Shown here in pieces: positions 41,273 to 50,985 of a DNA stretch of 64,000 nt (the first letter of the stretch is position 1; each line of letters opens with the position of its first letter). The notes below the pieces were generated by a model. The model was given only the letters and a program-made list of their open reading frames with translations, did no database searches and was not told where the DNA came from. The position numbers and the translations under genes are program-made. Location: assembly GCA_031835245.2 (NCBI GenBank), contig JAVKOQ020000027.1:1-64000 (forward strand). The letters run 5' to 3'. The stretch comes from Balamuthia mandrillaris. Taxonomy: Eukaryota.

Positions 41273-41890
41273 TTATGAAAGAGTGTCTTCCTCATCCTCA
41301 AAGTCAGCAGAATTGTCATCAAACGGGTCGCTAAAGAAAGAATCGCCAGCACCCCACACCTCATCACCGTAATCTTGCTTCTCTGGCTGAGGTTTGCTAC
41401 CCCCAAAGAGGTTTTTCCACAAGGCCCTAACACCTGTGTCTTCCTCGACGTTCAACGTGTCTTCCTCCAATGGCATCAAAGCCACATCATTGGCTGGTGC
41501 TTTCCGAGAAAGATAGAAGGCTGCTCCTTCGATGGCGGCAAGGATAAAACCACCAGCCACCGCTGAGGTCAAAGCCGCTCGCGGACCCCTGTTGATGGAA
41601 AGAAAACCACCCGTTATTGCTCCTGACATAATTGAGTTCCAAGCGTCTTCCACCCCTCGCGCATAGGAGGCCACGCAGTCACAACTTGAGAACAGTCCGC
41701 CCCACACAGCAAAGCTCCCTGCAAACCCAATGTTAGTTGTTTTTTTAAAAAAGCACTGCGAGACACTTACCTCCTGTCCGTGGGGCTTTCTCTCTGACTC
41801 CAGACACTACCTGTCCCCATCGTTGTAGAATACTTCGCGCGAAAGTCTGGAAAGAGGACACCGTGTAAGCAGAAAGAAGTGGGCGGAGAA

Positions 41891-41935
<45 letters not shown>

Positions 41936-42095
41936 AATATAAATTTAAGCACGGCCATACCTCTCTGCCCCCTCCCGCGCTGTTCCGCAGAGCAGACACT
42001 CCGTGCCACACCCCTCCTCCTATGCTACCCATTGCGAAGCCGCTCCCAACGTCGTGCACGATCCGCCAAGGGCATGGTTCTCTCATGGCATCCAT
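41273..42095 (-). CDS. TIM17: Mitochondrial import translocase TIM17 (3 exons)
   Basis: REPCPWRIVHDVGSGFAMGSIGGGVWH, SFAVWGGLFSSCDC, EDAWNSIMSGAITGG and GGFILAAIEG. Confidence 0.93.
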
Positions 42096-42368
42096 GGTGG
42101 TATTTGATGGTCTTGGTAAGCAAACACTGACAGGCAGAAGGTTAGGCGGAGAAGATCTGCGCCCTGGCTGGAGCGAGCAGTGAAAAATAAATTTAAATCC
42201 TTCCTTCTCGTTCTTCTTTTCTTTTTTCCGAGGGCCAGAATGGATGAGGGGTGGATGAGGGGGATAGGCAGAAAGCCTTCTTCTCAGAATTGATCGGTTT
42301 TTTAGATCAGCGGGTGAGTGATCACTTTCGGGACGACACAAGAGAAAAATGAGAGAGAAATCCAAGTG

Positions 42369-42480
42369 GATAAGAGATAGAGGAATAAGGGAGAGGATAA
42401 GAGATAGAGGATAAGGGATAGAGGATAAGGGATAGAGGATAAGGGAGAGGATAAGGGAGAGGATAAGAGATAGAGGATAC
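42369..42480 (+). repeat. Tandem ~14-bp (GATAGAGGATAAGG-like) minisatellite
   Basis: Directly visible, upstream of TIM17. Confidence 0.85.
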
Positions 42481-42667
42481 GGGAAATCCCGATGACATTC
42501 GTCTTTTGGGCCAATGAGCATTTTTCCCGCCAAAACAACCCTTCCTTCTCCCACGTCTTCGAAGGCAAAGTGGTGGGTTGGGGTGTGGGGTGGGGTGAAT
42601 GGAATGGATGCTCATGCTGCTGCCGCCAATAAACTTTTGGTACTCGTCATTCGCCTTGACACTTTTT

Positions 42668-43052
42668 TTTTTGGTCAGGAACTTCTCCCTCATCCTTCTG
42701 CCAGAGTTCAGGAGCCAGCAGATGGTGCGGCGAGGCCACCGACGCATTGGCTCACGAACGGCCAGAGCCATGCTCACCTGGTCCCACTATCGCTTCAGGC
42801 AGAGGCTCCTCAACAAGGCCAAGCAATTTCCGTCCTGTACGGTCTGCCTCTGCGATGAGGAATACACCTCCAAGACCTGCGGCAAGTGCGGCCAAGTCCA
42901 CCACCAGTTGGGGGGAAACAAGACCTTTCGGTGCCCAACCCGAGTGTGGCTACCAGGCCGATCGAGATGCCAACGCCGCCCGAAACATCTTGATCCGCTT
43001 TTTTACGTTACAAGCACTTACCACCTCCTCCTCCTCTGTGAGGGGGCGGTAG
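42668..43052 (+). pseudogene. Fanzor2 / IS607-TnpB-like nuclease, 5'-truncated C-terminal fragment (RuvC-II, zinc finger, RuvC-III) with one frameshift
   Basis: FLVRNFSLILLPEFRSQQMVRRGHRRIGSRTARAMLTWSHYRFRQRLLNKA...DEEYTSKTCGKCG...LGGNKTFRCP, frameshift at ~42935, then ECGYQADRDANAARNIL. Confidence 0.9.
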
Positions 43053-43113
43053 GCGGTAAGGTTGCTTTGGTGCCGGCACCGTTGCTTATAGCGAGTCGTA
43101 AGACAAGCCGTGA
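43012..43113 (+). ncRNA. Candidate Fanzor omegaRNA scaffold
   Basis: Stacked hairpins overlap and follow the Fanzor stop: a long stem at 43012-43067, GGTGCCGGCACC at 43069-43080, TTGCT-TAT-AGCGA at 43082-43094 and GTC-GTAA-GAC at 43095-43104. The position matches known TnpB/Fanzor omegaRNAs. Confidence 0.55.
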
Positions 43114-44800
43114 TTACACCCCAAACTTGAACCTGCTGCGGTACGCCTCGTACCATGTGCTTGAGGTTGAGGTTGTGGTGAGGGGAGCGGCAGGGATGTC
43201 ACGGGCCTGGCGTGCTTGGCCCAGTGCCTGGAATGAAAGGTAATCTGCGCAGTCAACTTCACCCACGAACCGAAACTTGAGCGGGTGACCCAGCAAGGAC
43301 CTGACGAAGGTAGGATTGTAGTAGGAAAGCCCGATTTTGCCTGCGGAGCTAAGCCTTGCTTTGAGAACCGCTCCGCGTGTTTTGTTCTCCCCGAGCTTGA
43401 ACGAGGCACCAACGGTGAGCCGTGGGATAGTCTCCCAATGATATTCCATTGGCGCATGTTGGTTTGACTCGTCTTCATCGTTTTCGTGCAGTGGCCCTTG
43501 GTTGGGTTTGTGATCCTCAGCCTGGTAACTTTGCTTGGCCCAAGTTACTTCTGCTGCCAAGGAGAACCTGTCGGTGATACTCTCGTAATATCGTGCCCCC
43601 ACAGAGGCGCAGGACCCATACCCTTGACTAAACAGGGTTAGTCGGTAGGTGCGATATCCATCCACATCACTGCCATTATCAACGGTTGCAGTACTCCTTT
43701 GGATGTGTGCTGCCAACGACAGGGCCAGCTTTTCTTGCTCAACGCTTCCTTCCTCCAAATCAGAAGCCAGTTGGCATCCCGCGACTAGTTGGTAGTAAGA
43801 GGTCTTACCACTGTTGCTCTGATCCATCTTCTCCTTCTCCTGCTGGATGGAGGACCCGTTGTTGCCGGCAAGGCGGTGGTTCCACAAGGCAAGGCAAAGT
43901 TTAGCCCTTGCGGTTTGTTGGGGCAGTCGCAGATGGGCGTAGAGGTGATACCAGTTGGTGGCGTGAGTTAGCATTACTTTGGAGGCCCACTTGTTCTTTT
44001 TTTGGTGGCGTCTGAGCCAATGTCCTCGCACACCCAGCTTCACACCCTCGATGTCCTTATTGCCGAGAGTAATGTCGATATCATCATGCTGTAGCTCGTA
44101 GGCCAACATGCCCACTTCCTTCTTTTCAGTCGGCAGAAGATAACCTGTGGCGTGGAGCTCACCCTCAAGCCCTTCCACTCCAAGAAAGTCTTCCGCCATG
44201 ACGGCGCCACTCAGCTTGTCCCATCCATTAGGTTCAAGACCAGCCTTGTTCACGAAGGTGAGTCCGCTAGACCCGTGTACATACTTTAAGCCAAGGGACG
44301 CAGCATCGAAGGTGTCAACCCCACAAACCTTGCCTATGCTCCCTGCTTTCCTATTCCGCCTGCCCACGAAAAACAGCCCCTCTCGGCGTTGCTCGCAAGT
44401 GAAGGACTTCAAAGTCAAACCACCCACCCACCCAGTAAGTTCAGTAGTTTGAATGGAACGAACGAGAGGAGGTGCCTACCATTCCCTTCACCTTTGGCAA
44501 TGGCAAGCGTACATAGCTATTTAGACCTGAACAAGACCAGTTGGACCGAAACAACAAATCTAAAACAATTATGGCGGTCAGAAAGTAGTAGCCGTAGTCG
44601 TAGTAGTAGGGGGGCGCAAAGAGATCAAAAAAAATAAAATAAACGAAGAGAAAGAGAAAAAGAAAAAGAAAAAGAAAAAGAAAAAGAAAAGAGAAGAGAA
44701 GAAAAGAATAGCAAGTACCTTCACAGCTGTCGGAAAGTTCCTCAAAAGCGGGCACTTCTTCCCAGGGATCATCCTCTGTGGCAGCGTAGTTGGTAAACAT
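43114..44800 (-). CDS. Divergent eukaryotic porin (VDAC/Tom40 superfamily) with long loop insertions (3 exons)
   Basis: N-terminal VPAFEELSDSCE-DLL resembles the VDAC helix (PPxFxDLGKxxxDLL). C-terminal LTVGASFKLG...VLKARLSSAGKIGLSY...FRFVGEVD...FKFGV resembles the last VDAC strands. Confidence 0.6.
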
Positions 44801-44913
44801 TACAGCTTTTCTGTTCTTTTTCTTGTTGTTGGTTTTATTTTGTTTATTATTTGCTTAACAAATTTTCGAAACAAAAAAATGAGCAGACAAAATAACCACA
44901 GGGAGGCCATTGG

Positions 44914-45119
44914 AAGGTCTTGTTTCCCCCCAACTGGTGGTGGACTTGGCTGCACTTCCCGCAGGTCTTGGAGGTGTATGCTTCATCGCAGAGGCAGACT
45001 GTACAGGACGGAAATTGCTTGGCCTAGTTGAGGAGCCTCTGCCTGAAATGATAGTGGACCAGGTGAGCATGGCTCTGGCCAACGTGGCTGTGGTCTTGCC
45101 GCACCATCTGTTGGCTCCT
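44914..45119 (-). pseudogene. Second, decayed Fanzor2 fragment in inverted orientation
   Basis: The reverse complement aligns to ~42710-42928 (GGCCAGAGCCATGCTCACCTGGTCC...CAGTTGGGGGGAAACAAGACCTT) with indels and a stop. Confidence 0.88.
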
Positions 45120-45297
45120 CGGACCAAGACCTCCTCTGCATGAGATCCAGCTAGGCGTAGCTTACTGATCCGTTTGAAGTCCTCTTTGTCCCATTCAAGG
45201 AATGCCACTGAAGGAGATAAAAGATCAAGTTCCTTAACAACGGCAATGGAGAGGACAATAGCCTGTTGGAAACTCCTCAGTGCTACCGCAGTGACGC

Positions 45298-45423
45298 CGT
45301 TGGCTGGGCCATTACTACCTCTGTGTCACAGCATTGAAGCTCATAGGTGAGAGCCAAGCCCGTGAGCACCAAAGGAGAGAAGCAGGCATCATCACCTTGG
45401 ACCCAGGAGTTCACACTTTCATG
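45298..45423 (+). pseudogene. Fanzor2 fragment carrying the WED end and RuvC-I motif
   Basis: Translates RWLGHYYLCVTALKLIGESQAREHQRREAGIITLDPGVHTFM, matching the G-x-YYLC...ENQ...IALDPGVRTF pattern. Confidence 0.8.
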
Positions 45424-45819
45424 TTTATAGTGGAACTCGCCATGGAAATTGTCTTTGCCCTTATAGGAAAGGAAAAAAAATGATTTCTTTGATAATGTAT
45501 CATTGTTTTGGCACTTGAAAGTAATGTAAAAAAAGTCTTGATTTCAAATTTCAATAATATTATTAATCTTTATATATTATTTGCTAGTCTACATTCTAAT
45601 TGTTTAGAATTAATCACAAAGCCAATGAACACTTTATTTGATTTGATGATATAGCATTTGAGTTTGATTATCAGTTAAGGCCATTATTTTTGATAAAAAC
45701 TTAAATTTGATATGTTATAATAAGGTTAAGTAAAGAATAATGCCTTTCCAATTGTTTACTATCTAGTAGTCATCACTGTGACATGAAGATATCTTCATCA
45801 TCCATTCTTCAAGCACACT

Positions 45820-46972
45820 ACCCTCAATCTCTTTGGCCCCTTTCCAAAGGATGCTAAAGACTTACCCTTATCTTCATTGACACAGCCACTCATTTCACCT
45901 TCCTTCACTAGATAACTCTAGTCATACCATGGCCCATGCTCCTTGGTAACTATGGTTTTCCTAAGATTGTTCAATTTATGGTCCTGAAGTTATTGACAAG
46001 ATCAGGGCCATCCTATGTCACATTGTTAGCTTTGACCATCATTTCATCTTGGTATATCATTCTCATGCCAACAGTGCTCCTGAGAGCCATGTTAAGCTAA
46101 GAGTACATTACTCAAAATGATATATGGATAAACTTGGGCAATGAGTCAACCTTTCTTTTTGTAGAACAGTTTGTGGTCTGCACTTGTTCTTAGGCTCGTT
46201 GGTGAGTTGGAAGGTGAATATCCATTGCTCAAAGCATACTCTCTCCTTGTACTTGTGGAACCATATCTTTTTGTAATGCTTCTCAAAGAAGGACATCACC
46301 TTTTTTTTAATTTTAAGATACAAAGAAGAAATGAATGTTACTACTACTACCAAACAAGTCTTCTCCCTTCAAGCTTTTCTTTGGGCCTGTGACTCCTTGA
46401 CAATTATTCTAAAGTCTATTCAGATTCTGTTTCTTCTTTTGAGTACTATTCCCAAATTGACTAGCTCCATTCCTTAGTTGTGCCTGCTATTGGGAAGCTA
46501 TAAATGATTACAACAACAAGCTAGCCTTTTTCTACAATCGCCTTCAGCACTCTGCTGAGTTTGCTCCAGGTGATACTTTGCAACTCTAGTGCTAAGACTA
46601 TGACAGTTCCTAAGTACCCAAGTCCCTTTGTTGTCAAGAAAAGGAATCGTACTGATGCTTATGTTTGTTCTTCAAGACATCCCTAGTTCTATTATTCCTA
46701 ACCAGTGCCTCCTTCTCTCCTCAAGAGAGCTAGCCTCTCCTCTGCTCTAGTGGAACATCTTCCTGTCTTTGATAATCACTATAAAGTGGAAAAGGTCTTG
46801 GACCATGATGACCACTCAACAATTGCCATTATATTGTTTGTTTAAAAGGCTATGATGCAGATGAAGACTCCTGGGTCATTGCCTTTGACTTTGATTACCT
46901 CAATCATCAAGTATTGGAAAAGCATACAAATACTTCACAAAGGAGGGAGGAAGTGATGTTGGCAACTGCCAA
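45820..46972 (+). mobile_element. Decayed Ty3/Gypsy integrase-chromodomain, polypurine tract and start of 3' LTR
   Basis: LFGPFP..IFIDTAT and YGFPKIVQ remnants. YKVEKVLDH...YIVCLKGYDADEDSWV at ~46780-46880, PPT AAAGGAGGGAGGAAG at 46939-46953, then TGTTGGCAACTGCCAA from 46957. Confidence 0.75.
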
Positions 46973-47129
46973 AATATTCAACATGTTGCTTCTTTCTTCT
47001 TTTTTCCTCAGCTTATGTCAGTACCTAGGTTTGAGGATGAATAGCACTCATCAAACATAGTAAACTGCTTATTAGAGAAAAGTGGAAAGGTATTCAGCAA
47101 TTTGAAGAGAATAGTAAGTGCTCTACATA

Positions 47130-47346
47130 CAAGCTGAGGAAGAAACAATAAAACACTACCTGTTAAGAAGTCCTAATCTTTGGGAAGATTGCTTTAAAAG
47201 AAGTTTATTTTCTCTTAGAGCAACACCACACTATACAAAAAAAGTAAGTGTTGTACTTACACAGTGTACTCTTACTTTTCTTACTCCGTCATCCTCAATG
47301 CCTTCCCAATTATTATGATAGTTCACAAGTGAAAGGTGTTGAATGA
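47130..47346. mobile_element. Two short diverged LINE fragments (ORF2 zinc-finger region on +, 3' UTR on -)
   Basis: Similar to ~4527-4590 and to the reverse complement of ~4880-5025. Confidence 0.75.
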
Positions 47347-47560
47347 AGTAGTAGGTATGTTTTAATAGTGTAGAGTTGGTTTGTTTGAGAGTTTGACTCA
47401 TGTGTTTCTGCCAGGTCTTGGATAGAAAATGAGCTTGGAAGGTGAAACACTGGTATTTGATGCACTATGGTTCAGAGTAGCAGTGAGTAGATTTTCATTC
47501 TGTAAAGTTTGTCTGCAAGAGAGTTTATGGCCTTTTTTTTCCTATGTAGTGTTGATGAGA

Positions 47561-47765
47561 GATAAACCCTGTGGATCAACAAAGGGACAGCACGTAAGTG
47601 ACTCTGGGTTTATTTACAAGAAAAGAGGTGTGGACCAAAGTGTGTGCTTTGAGTGTGTCGCCCAGAAAAAGGGAAAATAAAAAAGGATGAGAGAATTTGG
47701 GGTATCCAGGGAGAGTGTCAACAGGAAGTCATAATGATGCAAATTGTTGGTTTTCCAACAATAGC
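47561..47765 (+). repeat. Interspersed ~200-bp repeat of a second family (possible LTR), copy 1
   Basis: GATAAACCCTGTG...GTAAGTGACTCTGGGTTTATT...AAGAAAAGAGGTGTGGACCAAAGTGTGTGCTTTGAGTGT...GGTATCCAGGGA is repeated at ~50786-50985 and inverted at ~59506-59655. Confidence 0.75.
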
Positions 47766-50093
47766 AACCTGTGCTCTACTGCCACTGCTATCTCAGGTAG
47801 AAAATGAGTTTAGAAGGAAAACCACTTGTGGTTGATGTGCCATGATACAGAGTAGTGAAGGGTATGCTCTCATGGTGTTGTTGGTTTAAAGAGAGCTAGG
47901 TTTTGTTAGAACCTGAGCATAGAACCAAGACAGGAACAAAGAGAAAGATGGGAACCAAACATATTTAAAGAGAACAAGTGTGTTTTTCTGTGTTGAAAAA
48001 GTATTTATAATTGAGAAGGCAACCAAGGACTTCTTGGTTTCTCTGTTTTTAAGTTCTAGGCTCAGGAAAGTTCCTTGGGAAAGTTCCAGGGAAGGCAAGA
48101 GAAAGATCTTTAGAATGGCTTGGTATTGACATGCTTTATGATTGATGGGCAGATCAACTTTCTTCAAGAGGAAAGGTGGAACTAAATCACGAACAGGTTG
48201 ACCGATGAGATCTTCTAGGCAATAAGCACTATAAAAAGGACCAAGGTACTTTGGATCAGTTTTAGTGTTAACACCAAAGTTTACAAGCATTATAGTGTCA
48301 CCAGAAGCAAAGGAGACAAGAGGAGCTTTCTTGTTAAGCAGTGAAGATTTCATCCTCATTGATCATCTGGTGTTTGTCCAGAGATTTGAGGAGCTTGTCC
48401 TGTGAGGCCTTGAGGAGTTGGATGGAAGCTTGCTCCTTTTAAATGAGAAGACGAAATCTGTGGGGGATGATTCATCCCAACATTGAGCACTGTGCTTGTC
48501 ATTGTCGCTCATTGTGGTGAGGTTGCTTTTTTGCTTGATCAATACAGTGTTGGTAAACTCTGTACTATTATCTGATTGGGAAAACCAAAATCACAGATAA
48601 CTAGTATAGCGATAAGAGTGCTTTTGTCAGAGAGAGGCCAAAGAAGAGTGAAGTGAATAGCCATATCAACTAGCACCAGTATGTAGGAAAAGCCATGTTT
48701 GTCAGAAGGCCAGAAGTATCATTCATTCCAGATTCAATTGAAGATATGGGAAGCACCTTTATGAGTTTCAAAGTGAAACTTGTAAAGAAGTTCTTGTTGT
48801 TGTTCCAATGAGTCTTATCCTGGAATGTCATGACAAAGGCAGAAAAATCTTTCAATAAAGAAGAAAAAGAGATGATGAGAGATGATGACTCTTGTGCAGA
48901 CAAGGTGAAAGATGAAGATGAGGAGGTCTTAGCACCAGACAGAGTCTTTGCAGATTGAGGGATTATCCCCTGATTAGACCAACTGAATCATCCTCTTCCC
49001 AAAATTCTTCAAATAGAGTCAAGAGAAGCAGTTTTCCAGGATCATTTGTACTCAAGGATAATGTAGGCCCAGTTAAGCATATAGTGTTTAGAAGTAAAGA
49101 GATAAGTGAGCCTTGTGATTGGTGAAAAGGGTTAGATGTCATCCACTTAAACAGAATTGATAGCCCAAGGGACAATATAAACACATACTGCAGTAAGTTA
49201 ACCAGAAGTTTCCTTTTTGGGAATGGCAAGGATGGGACTGTTCAAAGGGCAATCATCTGGGGCAGGAATGATGACTTGATGCTTGGCCCAGGATTCAATT
49301 TGCTCATTAACAGCATGGTAGGCGTTAGGAAGGAGATACTGGTGTTGGAATATGGGTTGATGATTATTCATATTGAGATGCAACATCCTAGTGAAGAGGA
49401 GAAGAAAGCCCAATTGGAAGCTGTTGGTTAATATTAGAGGTCTTAGATAGCATTGACAATATGTTGCTACTCAGATGAAAGAAGAGAGACTTCTCACAAA
49501 TTGCTTGAAAGTCAGAAGACATTGGAATAGTCAAGAGGCAAAGTAAAAAGCAGAAGGGAAATTGATGAGAATACCACTCATTTCAAAGCTCAATTTCTTC
49601 AGCATATCACAGCCAAAAATGACTGTCTCACTTTGAGAGAGCAAAAGAATGTTGAAGTGATGATAAAAACAAAACTTTCCACATGCAATCAAAACAGAGA
49701 GGGCTACACCATGAACTTCTGCTACCAAGTTGTTAGCGCCCAGGGTCATGAATGATTTCATTGGATGTGGAACTTCTTAGCAGTTTCCAAGTTGATAAAT
49801 GAGCAAGAAGCACCAATATCAAGAAAAGTGGAAACTGGATGGTTGTTCACTAATGCAGGAACACTTGAAGGAAGAGGCATTGCTGGCGTCAAGCTGAAAA
49901 AGAGAATCAGCTTGGAGCTGGTTGATAGCACAATTATATTCCTCATACAAATCAGTATGAAGAGTGAACAAAGAATCATTGCATAGGAGAGGTAGGAGCC
50001 AAGTCATCAACAGAGTTAAGCAAAGTTGGTAGCTTCTTCTTAGGGAGCAGGCACTCATTGGAGTAATGGCCTTTCTGGTTATAGTTACAGCAT

Positions 50094-50477
50094 TGTTGGT
50101 AATTACTAACATAATCAACTCTTTCTTTGTTTCTTTCTTCATTCCTTTCTCCTTTTCTTTGACAGTCTCACATCAGCTATCATCAATCTTTTATGACAAC
50201 ACTGAGCCATTCCAAAGATCTTTCTCCTGCCTGGACTTTCTCAAGCCTAGAACTGAAGAACAAAGAAACCAAGAAGTCTCTTCTCAACCCCGAGCCCCTG
50301 TCCTTCCTTGGTTGTCTTCTCAACAGAAAATACTTTTCCCACAACCAAGAACAAACAGACAAACAAACGAAGAAACAACTCACTCACAAACATACTTGTT
50401 TTCTCCATCTCATTAAATACATTTGGCTCCTGTCTTTCTCTTTGTTCCTGTCTTGGTTCTATGCTCAGGTTCTAACA
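50094..50477 (+). mobile_element. Solo LTR with GCAT target site duplication
   Basis: TGTTGG...CTAACA, with GCAT at 50090-50093 and 50478-50481. Homologous to 59817-60207. Confidence 0.9.
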
Positions 50478-50785
50478 GCATGCAACATAGCTCTTGGAAC
50501 AAAGTTGCTAGGGATGGTCCAGAAGAGGAGGGACCAGAAGGAGTAGATGAAGTACCAGACGATGATAAAAAGGTGTTAGCTGAACCATTGGGCTGTTTCC
50601 TGCATCAGAGCACATGACAATTAGATTTCTCATGTCCAAATGTCTTGTGGATCTTACAGTAAAGTCGCTGCTTCTTCTTTTTGCTATCATTGTCAGTAGG
50701 AGTCGTTTAATTAGGGTGGTCCCAGAGGTTGCTTTTAATCGCCTGGGTGATATTGATTGCTTTATCTAAGGAGTCTTGATGGGGG

Positions 50786-50985
50786 ATAAACCCTGTGAAT
50801 CAAGAAAGGGACTGCATGTAAGTGACTCTGGGTTTATTCACAAGAAAAGAGGTGTGGACCAAAGTGTGTGCTTTGAGTGTATCACGAGGAGAAAGGGAAA
50901 ATAAAAAGGGTTGAGAGAATTTGGAGGGTATCCAGGGAAAGTGTTGACAGGAAGTCATAATGACGCGAATTGTTGTTTTCCAACA
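50786..50985 (+). repeat. Interspersed ~200-bp repeat, copy 2 (inside the Gypsy gag region)
   Basis: Homologous to 47561-47765. Confidence 0.75.

Noticed and set aside
42655..43120. Fanzor element spliced out of the porin mRNA as an intron
   Set aside because: The donor (GTGTAA) is weak, and the candidate acceptors give products that do not restore a beta-signal.
23670..44800. Functional cluster of mitochondrial genes (IMP, ACO2, TIM17, porin, AAA_28)
   Set aside because: They are interleaved with unrelated genes on both strands, and chance cannot be excluded without genome-wide statistics.
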